Positions 11,300-24,049 of a DNA stretch of 64,000 nt are shown in pieces (position 1 is the first letter of the stretch; every line of letters starts with the position of its first letter). The notes beneath the pieces were generated by a model. It had not been told where the DNA came from, ran no database searches, and saw only the letters and a list, made by a program, of their open reading frames with translations. The position numbers and the translations under genes are program-made. Origin of the DNA: Lepidodermella squamata (taxonomy: Eukaryota; Animalia; Gastrotricha). The stretch covers positions 3,410,001 through 3,474,000 of the forward strand of contig JBLDXI010000003.1 in the NCBI GenBank assembly GCA_047495785.1, in the 5' to 3' direction.

Positions 11300-11842
11300 A
11301 TGTCGGCCTTAACCCTGGTGATTCTTCTCAGCTGCTTAGTTTGCATTGCTGTCTCATGCCCAGCTAACACAAATCCTGACCGGCAAGACCCGTTCGATTT
11401 GGACAAATATATGGGGGCGTGGTATGAAATCTATCGAACTAAAAGCGTTCCGTTCACTGTTGGAACAGACGTCACAGCCTATTACACCAACTACAAAAAC
11501 GGAACAGTCGGCGTTGTGAACCGTCAATACTACCCTTCGAGAAGCGAATACGGCTTCACGTTCGGCTACGCCACAGTTCTGGGTACCTCTAAGCTGTGCG
11601 TTAAATTCCCAGCCGCTCCCGTTTGTGGCGATTATCAAATATTGTACACTAGCACGAATTACACCATTTCGTGTGTTTATTCTAACGTTGGCATTTTCGG
11701 CATTCAGTACGGCTGGATTTTGTCGAGGACTAACACGATTTCAGATGCTGACGCGCAAAACGCGTTCAACACCTTCTCCTTCAAGGTTAACATCGATAAG
11801 AGTAATTTCGTGAAAACAACCCATGGAACTGGGCCTGCGTGA
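11300..11842 (+). CDS. Lipocalin, apolipoprotein D/Blc-like, intronless
   Basis: Signal peptide, then CP, SCR1 FDLDKYMGAWYEIYR (GxW), SCR2-like YQILYTSTNY and SCR3 GWILSRT; 180 aa. Confidence 0.9.
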   Translation: MSALTLVILLSCLVCIAVSCPANTNPDRQDPFDLDKYMGAWYEIYRTKSVPFTVGTDVTAYYTNYKNGTVGVVNRQYYPSRSEYGFTFGYATVLGTSKLCVKFPAAPVCGDYQILYTSTNYTISCVYSNVGIFGIQYGWILSRTNTISDADAQNAFNTFSFKVNIDKSNFVKTTHGTGPA

Positions 11843-12400
11843 GTTTTCAAGCCACAAAATAATTAAAAAAATAATAATAATAAATTTAAATTCACAGGGC
11901 TGTCGTAAGCGGGGCAAGGAAAGAAAACGGAGGAACAGCTTTTGATATTTTATGGATCCTTGGTGGCATAATTGCGCAATTAATTATGCTATAGAACTCT
12001 TTATTACAATTGAAAAATGATACTCAAGTTCGAACTTGGTTAATCTGCAACTTGTAATTTCAATTCAAAAAATGAAAATAAAGCTGAAATATTTTGTAAA
12101 TTTCATCAAAGCTATTAGCGATCTAAAGAAGTTATCAGAAAAAAATCATAAAAATAATAGGTTCAACCATCGGATTGCGGTACCTATATCGGCGGAAAAA
12201 AAATCGAGTGAGACAACTGAAGCAATTCACACGCGAGTTCAAAACTTGTGAAATTTTATTTCATACGAAATATTAATTAAAACGGCCATTACTATACTGC
12301 CTCCCAATAGTCTAATATCTCTATTACAACTATTTAGGCCAAGATTTACAGATCAGATAAGCAGAATTTACATCAGGATCAAAGTCAGTAGGCTTTACAT

Positions 12401-13897
12401 CTATTCATGGCCTAGGTTGGCGATTTTCTCTTGAATCCAACCGATGTAGTTGTCAACCTTGGTGTAAACGCCTGGCTTCTTAGCTTCAGCGCAGCCATAG
12501 CCTGAATGTGATAGGAATAAATAATAAATCCGCAAAAGTGAGTCCGCCAGGCAACTTACCGAATGAAACGACACCATACAGCGTGAAGGTTCCAGTTTTA
12601 GGGTTCTTGTAGACAAGAGGACCACCACTGTCACCTTGGCAAGCGTCAGCACCGCCATCCAAAATTCCGGCGCAAAACTGAGTGAAAAATGAAAATTCAA
12701 AAAATTTAAAATATAATTCAAAATTTAAAATAAAAACAAAATGAACAAATTTTGAAAAATTGAAAGATTGTTAAATCAGCCTTCGAATTCTTACCATATT
12801 CGGTGTCAGGATATTTTGGTACTTTCTGTCGAGCTTCTTGCAACGAGCTTGAGTGATAAAATTGACCTTGACGTATCTCAGAACCGAGCTTGGCTCGCTG
12901 CGGCTTTTCTGGCCATAGCCCGAAACTATGAGTTCAGCTTTGTCCTTCAGCGTTTTCAGCATAGTGCTCGAGCGCGGCAGGCAGATAGGAAGGGCGTTCT
13001 ATGAACAAATAAAAAAATTATTCATTTATTTGGCAGTGAACAAATTGCTAACCTTGGTGAAATCAACAGGCGATTCCAATTCGATGAGGCCAATGTCGTT
13101 GTTGTACTTCTTTCCCTTCCCTAATAAATAACAAAATTGAGAGAAAATTCGAACAAAAAAGGAAAACTTACTCCAATCCTTATGAGGAATAACGCGCTTG
13201 ACTTTGCGAATAATCTCCTCAGCTTCGCGGCCGGTCTTATTAGATTTTCCGATGTGAATTGTAATAAATTCCACCTTAATTTTCCTGAAATCGAGTCATA
13301 AGTAAAAATATAATTCCATTCATTCATAGCTTACTCTGTGTCCAAGCAATGAGCTGCAGTAAGCACGAACCTTCAAGTAAAAAATTCGTTACTTTAAATA
13401 ATGTATTATTATTTTAAGAATAATTTACCTATCGGTGATTAGGCTGCCTCCGCAAATAGCGGCGCCTTTGTAGACCATCAGAACCTGAGATTACAAAACA
13501 AGTTGAGATAATTGTAGATAGAAGAGCAAAAATTTCGTACCTGCCACGGGAAGAATTCATGCTTGATCTCTTTTCCGCCGACGATGCGAGCAGTATCAGA
13601 CTCGAAGCTGTAGCCACTGCCGTCGTCTTGCTCATCAGACGGCGCTGCGAGGTCGTCGACATCGTAATCGGACGTGGTTGTTTGGCGCCTATCGTCGACA
13701 CTTTCACCTTCATCACCGCCATCAACACCGACATCATCAGGTTCCACGGCAGGTTTATCGATCAAGGCTGACACGGGGGATCCGCATTTGAGACCGAAAT
13801 CTGATGGCCTCAGCTTAGCCCTTTCTTCGTCGCCATCATCGAACGCAATAGCTGCGCCGATGAAGAGCAGCTGGATGCAAAACAACTTCATAAGCAT
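12401..13897 (-). CDS. Trypsin-like serine protease (S1A), copy 1, 8 exons
   Basis: Exons 13897-13541, 13484-13429, 13370-13335, 13284-13172, 13120-13053, 12998-12795, 12677-12560, 12501-12401; all GT-AG and phase-consistent. Signal peptide, acidic propeptide with CG, R|[25 protein letters not shown] (Asp189), PGVYTKV. Confidence 0.93.
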
Positions 13898-15030
13898 TTT
13901 TTCAAAGATTAATTGATGAAAATATTAACTCGTGTGAAGCCGTATTTAACGTGGATTTGGCGCCAAAAATCGTTTGTTTAACACGTGCCGCTACAAAAAA
14001 GGTCTGTTCCTTTGCTAAGAGCCATTCGTTTTGGGATCCAGTTGTGACAGCGTCCTATTTATTGGCATTTCCTTAATTTATGAACTTCGGTCATCATTAT
14101 CCTATTTCCCTCGATGCGTTAAATGACGCAAAGGACATCCCGTGTTGAGGGGTAACTCGATATGAAAACTCACGAATTCGCTTTGGTTGGAAGATTTCCA
14201 GTATTCAGAATCCAAAAAGGTGTCTTTGTTTTACATTAGACAGTTAATAAGTAGGGTTTGGCGAAATATTTGACATCGTGAGATTTTGATACCGCTTTCA
14301 AGATCAATGAGCGCGGAGTCAAACGATAGGTCGATAGTTGTCAGGGTTGCTGAGAAAACGGGCTTCAAAGTGTACAGTTGAAAATTGCTAATTTACAAAA
14401 CATGCGCGCATGTTTTTTATCGCATCAATTAATGTTTCACTGCGCAATATATTCTGATTTTATTTTCTTATGCGCAGTCGAGATTTCTTGGAGGAATCGG
14501 AGGGGCGGAATTTTGCGACATGTTCAAATGATCTATATGAGGCTTTCCACGTCGATTATCCTTTTCGGCGACACTTTGAGACTTCCCGTCTTTTGAGGTG
14601 CAATTGGGCCTCAACAAAAATTATAGGAATTCACAATTTGTCCCACTTCAAGTCAATACACGCTTTGCCATTTGCTGGAAAATACAGTAGAAAATTGGCC
14701 AAGCCCCACTTTTCACTTGTTAACGGTCATTTTACGTCGATCAATGTTATTAGCCGATCGATTTTCAGGAACATAGGAACATTACTTTCATCGGTTTCAA
14801 ATTAGCGAATATATCAGATCTCGGTATAAGTATATCGGGGGTAAAGATCTGAACGGATTTATTTGAATAAAAAATTTGGTGAACCAGCTGAAGCGATCGA
14901 TGCACAGTTTAAAATTGTATTGAACTTCATTTGAAACGGTAATTTCATCCAATTAATCTTATTACAGACAAGTAGTCAACAATCTCTAGAGTTATGAAAG
15001 CTCAGTTTTAAACATGATTTACAGGATCAT

Positions 15031-16911
15031 CTATTCAAAGCTCAAGTTGGCGATGTTCTCTTGAATCCAACCGATGTAGTTGTCAACCTTGGTGTAAACA
15101 CCTGGCTTCTTAGCCTCGGCGCAGCCATAACCTGGAATCAATAGGGATGATTATAATCCAATACTATTCTCCGACTATATTTTACCAAAAGAAACGACAC
15201 CATACAGCGTGAAGGCTTGAGTTTTAGGGTTCTTATAGACAAGAGGACCACCGCTGTCACCCTGGCAAGCGTCAGCACCGCCATCTAAAATGCCGGCGCA
15301 AAGCTGAAATGAAATAGAAAAAAATCAAGAATATATACAGCTGAACTCAAATTCTTACCATATTCGGTGTCAGGACATTAAGGTAATTCCTGTCGAGTCT
15401 CTTGCAACGAGATTGAGCGATGAAATTGACCTTGACGTATCTCAGAACTGAGCTTGGCTCGCTGCGGCTTTTCTGGCCATAGCCCGAAACTATCAGTTCA
15501 GCTTTGTCCTTCAGATTTTTTAGCATAGTATTCGGGCGGGGCAAGCAGACAGGGAGGGCGTTCTGGAAACATAAACGGAGTGGATATTCCAATGCCCAAT
15601 TTTTGATATTTGTACTTTGTACTTCAACTGCTTTTCGCCTACGTAATATTCGGAATTTTTGATCAAAATATTCTGCATTACAAGCTGAGCAAGAACGGTC
15701 TAGAAAGCTGAGATTACTTTGCTCGATCAATTTTCCTGGCAAGCCAAATGAAATTGGGGCTGGAAAGCTGAGGAATCCTAAAAGGTCCTGAACCTTTTGG
15801 ATCGAACTTTTGACAATAGGAAAAGATTCCTGATTTTACCAGTTTGAAATTTGATGAGGCAAAGTTATCTCAGCTTTCTACTGATGATCTATCCTCTAGT
15901 TAAACTATGATTCTTACTCAGTTTCAGAAGGAGAATAAGCCGTATAAGTGCGAATATAAAAAAACGCGTAATTAATCAAGTTTAACGTGTACATATAATA
16001 ATAATTATAATATAATGACCCACACATTTTCAGAACTTCTTCAAAAATGTTCAATAAATGAAAACCTTGTTGAAGTCAACTGCCGCGTCCAATTCAATGA
16101 GACCAATATCGTTGTTGTGCTTCTTTCCAACCCCTGAATCAACAAAAATGAGGCGAAATTAGAAATGAACTGATAAACTTACTCCAAGCCTTGTGTGGAA
16201 TCGCTCGTTTGACTTTGCGAACTATCTCCCCAGCTTCACGGCCTGACTTCTTCGATTTTCCAATGTGAATTGTAATGAATTCCATCTTAAGTTTCCTAGG
16301 ACCGAGACATAAATTCAAGATAGTTTCCAAACATTCAATACTTACTCTGGGTCCAAGCAATGAGCCGCAGTTAGCACGAACCTTTGAGGAAATATAAATA
16401 ATTTAATTTTTTTAATTTTAAAAAATAGTTTACCTATCAGTGATTAGAGTTCCCCCGCAAACAGCGTAGCCCTTATGGGCCATCAGAACCTATCAGTGAT
16501 TGGAAAAATAGGCAATAATTATTGATTGATAAATCGAACGCTGCGTACCTGCCACGGGAAAAATTCATGATTGATCTCTTTTCCGCCGACGATCCGAGCA
16601 GTATCAGCCTCGAAGCTGTAGTCACTGCCGTCGTTTTTCTCATCGTACGGTGCTGCGACGTTATCAGCGTCGTAATCAAAGTTTGCTCTAATTTGCCGCC
16701 TATCGTCGAGACTTTCACCATCATCTCCGCCTTCTTCGGCGCCGTATTCAGGCTGTTCAGCGGCTCTATCACTCAATGCAGTCACGGGGGTTCCGCATTT
16801 GAGACCAAGGTCCGACCTATCCCTTGCCATTTCTTCGTCGTCATCAGTCAACGCAATAGCTGAGCCAATGAAGAACAGCTGGAGACAATACAACTTCATC
16901 AGCATTTTCAT
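15031..16911 (-). CDS. Trypsin-like serine protease (S1A), copy 2, tandem paralog, 8 exons
   Basis: Exons 16911-16549, 16489-16434, 16381-16346, 16295-16183, 16133-16066, 15562-15359, 15303-15186, 15131-15031. Internal exon sizes (56/36/113/68/204/118) are identical to copy 1; catalytic motifs intact. The start may be ATG 16905. Confidence 0.93.
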
Positions 16912-17760
16912 CAATTAATCGTTGGCAAAATTAATTAGTGAGGCCGTTTTTAAGATGGACTTGGCGCGAAAAGCCTCTTGCTACACCTGCCGCCACAGAA
17001 AAGGTCTGTTCCACTGAGAGCCTTTTAATTAGGGATCCAGTTGGGATACCGTACGTTTAGTTACATCTCGAGTAGTGGCTTTGAAATGACACATGGGACT
17101 TCGAAACCTATTTCTGGTATCTAGAACATATTTCGACACCTGACAATGGGGGGTAACACGACCGATTTTTTCTGGTACAACGCTATGGATAAAATCGTTT
17201 TTTGCGCGTTTCAGGAGTCCGGCCAGGAGTCTAAGTGATTTCAAAATTAGCCATAAATCAAGGTAAAATCATCCGGACTTGCGGAAACCAGCATTCGATA
17301 GTCCAAGAACTCCTCTACATCTCTGTATTTGCCGAAAATTTTCTAAAAATTCACCTGGCTGGCAGAGTAGGAAAACCCGAAAAGTGGCCGATTTTAGGGC
17401 GGGATGCTCCAGGTCATGATGTCGGCCGTGACAATGACCCGCAATTCTAGGTCGATTTCTCACATTTATTTTCAAGCTAATTATTTCGTTCTTCGCACCA
17501 ATAAATTGCTGAAAAACGAAAAATTCCAACCATTAAAAAATCCGACACGTGTCTTAGTCTCACCGAGTGATGAATGAAACAGCGGTATGAATCAACAATC
17601 GCACGAAAAAATTCGTCGCGTGTGTCAAAGCGCGCGTGCTTCACGCATTTTGTTTTTCAAACTCAAAACACTGATTTATTCTACCGATTTCACTGAAATT
17701 AAACAAATTCTGAACCAAATTCATTTTTCGAATATAGATTAACCACTTATTGACTGTAAA

Positions 17761-18053
17761 ATGCGACCAGCTTTCATTTTCTTCCTCTTGGCCTTCATCG
17801 CCAGCCTGTGTGAGTTCCCAATATTTCGATTTTAAAAACAATCCAGCATTATTTCCATCCCTTAGTTTTCGTTTCGGGGGCTAACCCGGCTTCTGGCAAT
17901 CTGGAGGAGGCGCTTGAGAAGTACCTCGGCGACCACCCGCTGGCTCTGCAGTACCTGAACGATGACACCGATATCGACCAGTTCGTCGACCGTACCAAGT
18001 ACGTCGAAGACGCCAGCGAAGAAGTCTTTGTCGTTAACACTCACGATAATTAA
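17761..18053 (+). CDS. Small acidic secreted protein, 78 aa (exons 17761-17809, 17866-18053); absent from the ORF track
   Basis: MRPAFIFFLLAFIASL T|gtgagt ... cttag| gives FFVSGANPASGNLEEALEKYLGDHPLALQYLNDDTDIDQFVDRTKYVEDASEEVFVVNTHDN*. GC-rich codons, CGCGTG boxes at 17617 and 17633, AATAAA ~18176. Confidence 0.8.
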
Positions 18054-18503
18054 ACGGCGATTTCCTGTTACGACGAGAGCTCAACCTGGATCGAAATTCG
18101 AATTTATTTAATCTATCACCTTGCTGACGGCAACTATTTTCAACCGTGAATTCGCTGTTACCAGCTGTAATTGAAAATAAATAAAACTATGAATGAAGAC
18201 TGAACAGTTTTGGGTATATTTGGCCAATGTTTTTATCAATAATAAGAAGTTGAAAGGAAATGAAGACTCTGAAGCTCCAAATGACTTGAAAAAAGTGTGC
18301 GAATTATTTTCGAAATTATTTCGAAATTGCGGTAATTTTCCGAAAAATCAACGCCTAAATGACATCGGTTCTGCTCATTTATTTTTTATTTTGAGAGTAT
18401 TCTCCTTCAAAAACAGAGAAAATAGTTCACAAGGTTGTATTAGCTTTACTATATCCTGAATCAAATACATAGAGTTCTTTTGGAAATTACAGCTGGATTT
18501 GCT

Positions 18504-18686
18504 TCATGGCTGCTGCCATTGTAAAAAGGCGACATAAAGGGCACTCGCGATGACAATGAAAGCGCCGAAATAAGTTCTGAATCCGAGCGAAGGTTGCTCA
18601 TCGTCGTCCGCAATTTTGGTCGCCGATTTTACCACAGAAGGCGCTTGCCTCGACGGCTTGCCGCGGGATTTTGCAGAATTATCCAT
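18504..18686 (-). CDS. Possible small tail-anchored membrane protein (60 aa)
   Basis: ATG start, polar N-terminus and one C-terminal hydrophobic helix YFGAFIVIASALYVAFL. No other support. Confidence 0.35.
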   Translation of the reverse strand: MDNSAKSRGKPSRQAPSVVKSATKIADDDEQPSLGFRTYFGAFIVIASALYVAFLQWQQP

Positions 18687-19711
18687 TGAATATTCTGAGC
18701 TTGAGGCGAAATTGCTTTATCAGGGAAGGAATTGTGAAGAATTTTTACTCTACAGGCTCTCGCAGCATTTATCCACCTTAATTATCAGTTTGTGATACGG
18801 GTCGAGGTCGTAAACTGATATGAACTGGATAAATAACTGGAAAATGTAGTGAAGTTGGCCCCCATGGAGTCTGTATGTCGTATTTTTATTATGCCGTTAT
18901 CTAAGGCTAATGAAAAAGTTTGCTCGCTTTTGCCCAGTTATAAAGTTCCAGCAAAAATTAAGCCTCCATCCAGTTTTTTCGATTTTTCGCAATTCTGACT
19001 TATTCTCTTGTTAATAATAGATACTAACAACCACCCTGAACCGGAGATGTTTTATTCTACCTACATGGTGCCCTGAGATCTGTAGAAAAATTATCGATCT
19101 TGGGTTCCAAGTCGGTTGAAATCGGAAAAATCACTGATCTGTAAAATCGATACTTGGAATCGATATCTGCTTTGCAGGCTGAAGTATAGCTTCCGGTTCA
19201 TAGCACTAATTATGCGTAATACTGATCGGCTAGACATAATAAAAAAATTGAGATTCAATGAAGACGTGAAACATATTTTGCGATAATCTAGAGCTATGGA
19301 GTCTCAAGTTTCATGCTGAAACTCTACATTTAGAGGCAAGCCAAACTTCTTTAATTGCTCCAAAGCCTTGATCTTCGTGTTAAAGATCAGTCATACGATC
19401 CGAAAAAAATTCCATGTTTCACCTGAAAAGTTGAAAGTTCTCGGTTTACCCGGAATCGGTGGCGCCGTAATGAAATTAGTTCGAAATCGCTGATTTTTTT
19501 ATTCAATAAAACACAAATTTCTCTCACAAACACGGAAAATATTTTATTGCTGAATTAAGCAGAATTCTTTAAAGATTCCACATATATTTTAGAAATATTC
19601 ATTCATATCATATCACTGGTATAAATAACCGAATAATTTGACCGGATAAACTCTGAGAACACGTAAATTTCGAAATAAATACTAGAAAGAAGAGATTTAA
19701 ACTATGTTCAA

Positions 19712-21985
19712 TCATTTGTGTTTCTTGACCAAGAGATTGAGCAGCCGTTTGACACCTTGACCACCTCTGGGACCTTTCTTCACAGTCTTGTGACACGGCA
19801 AATCCGACAACGAACTGTCGTCACGCCTCGCCGCTTTCCGGCTGAGGCGGCGCGCCAACTCGTTGAATTCGCGCTTGTTAAGGTGGAATTTGCGGCAATA
19901 ATCCCCTGCGACCTTCTTCGCAAGTTCGATCGATCGGCTAGAAGGGCTGTAGCTCTTGGCGGCATGCTTACGCCGGAAGAAACCCCTCGGGCTAGATCGG
20001 CTGATGAACCTCCTCTTCGCGACGATGTGTTCGAAACTCGACTTCGAGATTGACATGTCGTGAACACCGTGATTCTCGCAGCCCTTTTTCCGCTTCAGGG
20101 CGTTGTTGATCAGGTTCCATTTCCACTTTTTCACGCCCTCGACAATGTTGCTCGGCCACTTGCGGCGCGACCGCCAGCGCTTGTTCTTCGCCTTGCATGG
20201 CATCTCGGTTGATTTTGATATCGATTTCGAAATCGATATCGAGACCGGTGTGCACTTTGTAGTTGCTGGTTGTGTTGGCGAGGGTTCCGGGAAGGGCGTC
20301 GGTGGTGGTCGCTTAGTCGTCGGCGCTCCGCAAGTCGAAGGCGGGTGAGTTGGTGGGTTCGTAGGTGGATGCGTCGGCGGCAGGGTTGGCGGATTTGTAG
20401 GTGGATGAGTTGGCGGATTCGTCGGCGGGTGAGTTGGCGGATTAGTTGGTGGATGTGTAGGTGGGTTCGTTGGAGGATTCGTGGGTGGGTTAGTTGGCGG
20501 GTGGGTTGGCGGGTTCGTCGGCGGGTTTGTAGGTGGATTCGTTGGCGGGTGGGTTGGAGGATTCGTTGGAGGATTCGTTGGCGGGTTCGTCGGTGGGTTA
20601 GTAGGTGGATTCGTTGGCGGGTGGGTTGGAGGATTCGTCGGCGGATTAGTAGGTGGATTCGTTGGAGGATTCGTCGGTGGGTTAGTTGGAGGCTGAGTTG
20701 GCGGATTATTCCCCACCGTATTCCCAGTAGGTGGATGTGTAGGGGGATTCGTTGGCGGTTGAGTTGGAACTTTCGGCGTCGTGGTTATCGGGCATCGGTG
20801 CGGCGTAGTCGGGCACTTGTGCGTCGTTGTTTCTGGCTCCTCAGCAGGACGGCACCGGCGGTGTTTCGGTTCCTTCGGGTACTTGGCCTCGCGACAAATC
20901 CAAACGCGGCTTGAGCTGGAATCGCGAATTCTCTTCACCTGGAAACATGAAAAACAACAAAAATCACCAAAGTTTCGCAAAAAAGCAATAAATTGCAAAA
21001 TTGCACCAATAAAAACGCCTAATCCAAAATTGGTGATTTTTTCAAATTAAACTTCCCCAGCAAAAATTTCAAAGCTATCCCAGTGATTCATTTGAGGCAA
21101 TTTGACATCGAAGTTGCTGTTAAATGGGCAAAATTGACTAATTTGACTGTCTCCGGCTGTAATTTTTCCTCTCTTGAATTTCTTTTTTCTTGAAATTAAG
21201 CTTCAATGGGGTTCCACGAGGTATTCAAATTTTGGGACCTATCGGGGTTCTGAGGCCCTGGCAAGCCACCACGGTACTGTTTGCGCATCCATAACATCCA
21301 TAACTTTGTAAAAACCAGATCGGCTCTCTGAAGTTATCCCAATGGCAGGACCGAAAATTGAACGATTTAGGTTGGCCACGATTTGTCCGAGATTTAATGG
21401 CCCTAATTTCGGACGGCATTGCATAGGCAGAAGCGTTACAAATATCACGGTAAATTAATTAAATTAAAAAAAATTCGAAAATTTCAAATTTTAAATTTTA
21501 CTGAATTTTTTTGATTTCCTGCTGTATTGGTTTTTTTTCAAGTTTTCATGTCTTATTTAAAATTTAAATTTATTTAAAAAATAATTCCCAGGTTTACCTT
21601 GAATTTTTTCGAGCCGTGGCTGTCACTATGCGAGCTTCTGTGGCGGCGTTTGCATTTAGCCCGCTTACTAGCGTCACAACTCAGCTTGAAATCAGATGCT
21701 GAACTGTCTGGCTTCGGTTTTCGACCTCTGAAAGTCTTCATGCCAATCGCTCGCTTGAACGCCTCCAGCGGGCTGTAAATCTTGTTACCATCAGGGGCTG
21801 GTTTTAGCAGCTGGCGGTAATCAGCCGGCAATAACGGGAATGTGTTCAAATGATGCCTGTTTAATCCATCAGCTCTGCAAACGTAACCTTTCAATGGCAA
21901 ATATTAACAAAAAAATCGGATTAATTCTCGGATTTTTACCTAATAAGGCTACAGCGACTAATGCGCCTAATAGCAATAGCCGCAT
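19712..21985 (-). CDS. Secreted extensin/mucin-like protein with (PPTN/H)~30, Cys-containing flanks and a basic C-terminus (exons 21985-21940, ~21887-21598, 20938-19712)
   Basis: Signal exon MRLLLLGALVAVALL G|gtaaaa. Exon 2 is track ORF 21574-21900 up to FK|gtaaac; its acceptor is ambiguous by a few codons. Phase-0 join to ttccag|GTG AAG AGA in ORF 19712-20998. Confidence 0.8.
20340..20705 (-). repeat. Coding tandem repeat, 12-nt unit encoding PPT(N/H), ~30 copies
   Basis: Counted from the translation; codons vary synonymously between units. Confidence 0.95.
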
Positions 21986-22257
21986 CCGGGTACAAATTAA
22001 TTAGGTAATTTTCAATTATTATTGTACCTATTGTCAAAGGAAAATAGAGTGAAGTTGCTTTTCCGTCAAAACGTAAAATCAATACGTTTTGTTTCCTTCA
22101 ATTTTTCGTTGAAAAACTCGTGCCTAGTAGCAGGCTTGCCGGTTGGCACGCGCCAGGAACAGTGAACACGCGAATTATTGAAAATTCAACCTGTTTTTAT
22201 TGTTTTTATTTCGAAAATATCCGACATTTATTTTTAACCTGGCGTTCTTGAATTTCA

Positions 22258-23544
22258 TCAGTACATTGCCTCAGACATATACATTTTCCGCTGTTCCTGG
22301 CAGCAAGCGATGCAAAACGTTACCACATGAGTCAAGGCCAGAATCGAAAAAGTAGCCTGGAAAGGGGAAAAAATGAATATTTCCCGTAAATTAAAATTTA
22401 TTCACTCACGCATATCGCAGTTGCTAGATCTTGAACCAACAACGTCTGGGCACTCGGAGTAGTAGTTGAAGCGAAAATCGTCGTAAATTTTTCTATCGCA
22501 GATGAATTCCCTACTGAGGTGGTCGTTGTAGTAGTCGTAGCTACTGTCGTAGTAGAACTGTTTGAAGCCGGCGTAACTGGAGGTGATGCTACGACGATGT
22601 CAGTATCAACGAGCCAAATAGCGACGGCGGCTATTGAAAAGTTAAGGACAATCATGGCGATTTCGAGACAGACGTAGCACGCTGAATTTATACGGCTTCG
22701 ATGCATGTGGGCGACTTGAACGAAAGCGATGGCGCAATCGGTTACAGCCAGGCCTAAAGCTGGCATCATGAATGGTAGGAGTTCGTTCGGCGTCGAGGCC
22801 GATAGGTAAATAAGTGTCGCACACGTCGTCGCATTCAAAATCTTTGAAAATAAAAATTAATAAAATTATCATAAAATTTCCCGAAAAATCCGGCTTTTAT
22901 TTATTTTGTTATTCATGCTAAAGACTGAAATTTATTCATCTGACCCACTACTTTAAAGCCTAGGTCAGACTAATGGCTTTGTGACCCAATTTGCCCTAAA
23001 TTATTGGCATCTGACCTCGGTAAGTGCGACTAATAGGTGGCATGGCATGACCTTATTCCTGTTCTTCAATATTACTGTCCCCGCCACTGGCCAGAAATTT
23101 ATTTAAGGTGGTCATTTATTCAAGACTGGGAATTTATCGGGCATACGGATTTTTTAATGGGTAAAATTAGTTGCATAAAATTTTCTTATTCGAAAACTGA
23201 ATCACGATCGATAATCAATCAATTGAATTTTGAATTAAAATTTAAATATTATATTTTTTTATTACCATTTGAATAATTTTGAATACACCATAAGGTGTTG
23301 TAGCGTTTTCTCGGGCAATGTCTTTGCTGCTTTTCCAATACCAGTGATGCATGTTCCCCAATGGTAAAATCGGCGGCATTGGCCGTGTTCGAACAACAGG
23401 CCGCCTGTACACCGGCCTGGACCGGTCATGCTGAACACGCGGTCGAGTATGAGGTGTGTAAGGTCGCGCATTCTCGAAATTAGGCGGCGGCGGTATGAGT
23501 TGAGGAGCGGGTCTTCGAAGGTATCGATGACGGCCGTTGAACAT
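22258..23544 (-). CDS. Four-TM MARVEL-like membrane protein (exons 23544-23266, 22841-22410, 22356-22258)
   Basis: Phase-0 joins QM|gtaata..caaag|ILN and AIC|gtgagt..ccag|ATF. Pro/Arg-rich N-terminus, then TTPYGVFKIIQMIL (resembles the MARVEL TM1 opening T-x-x-G-x-L-K-x-x-Q/E), four hydrophobic segments, and a Thr-rich loop between TM3 and TM4. Confidence 0.6.
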
Positions 23545-24049
23545 TTTTTCGTGAACACTCTACCTCAAGGGTTTTAAGCTTGAATAAGCTAGTGAACAGG
23601 ATGATATGAGACGCTTATGCAGTGTTGCGGTGATTGTATAATAAACATCTCTTACCTGTGAGCAGGTTTTTTGTTTACGCGAAAGTTTACTGCGAGGCGA
23701 ATTAGTTGTTGCTAAATAATGCAAGTAAACAAGGCGACTGTTCATGGTAATGTAAAAAAAGCCCGAGCTCAAGTTAAGGTAACATATTTTCTTGGTGCTC
23801 CGGAATTCACATATGAATTCACACGGAATTCATCCGGATCAGAACTCAGGATTATTTCAACTGATTTCCAAGGAATAAATTATCAACGATTTTAGGTTTA
23901 ATTGAATTAAAAAAATTTCGATTTATGAAATTAATTTGGGTGTCCCAAGTGCGTACCCCAAATTTAGGGTTCCAGCACTAAATTTGAGACTCCAGCACTA
24001 GATTTCCCCTAATCAAAAGAAGGTTTTTCGAATTTCTAGTCCTCACTAG

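Noticed and set aside
20340-20705. Possible CRISPR-like array (also 48650-49810 and 61549-61938)
   Set aside because: In-frame coding repeats with synonymous variation in a spliced eukaryotic context; no invariant DNA repeat with unique spacers and no cas genes.
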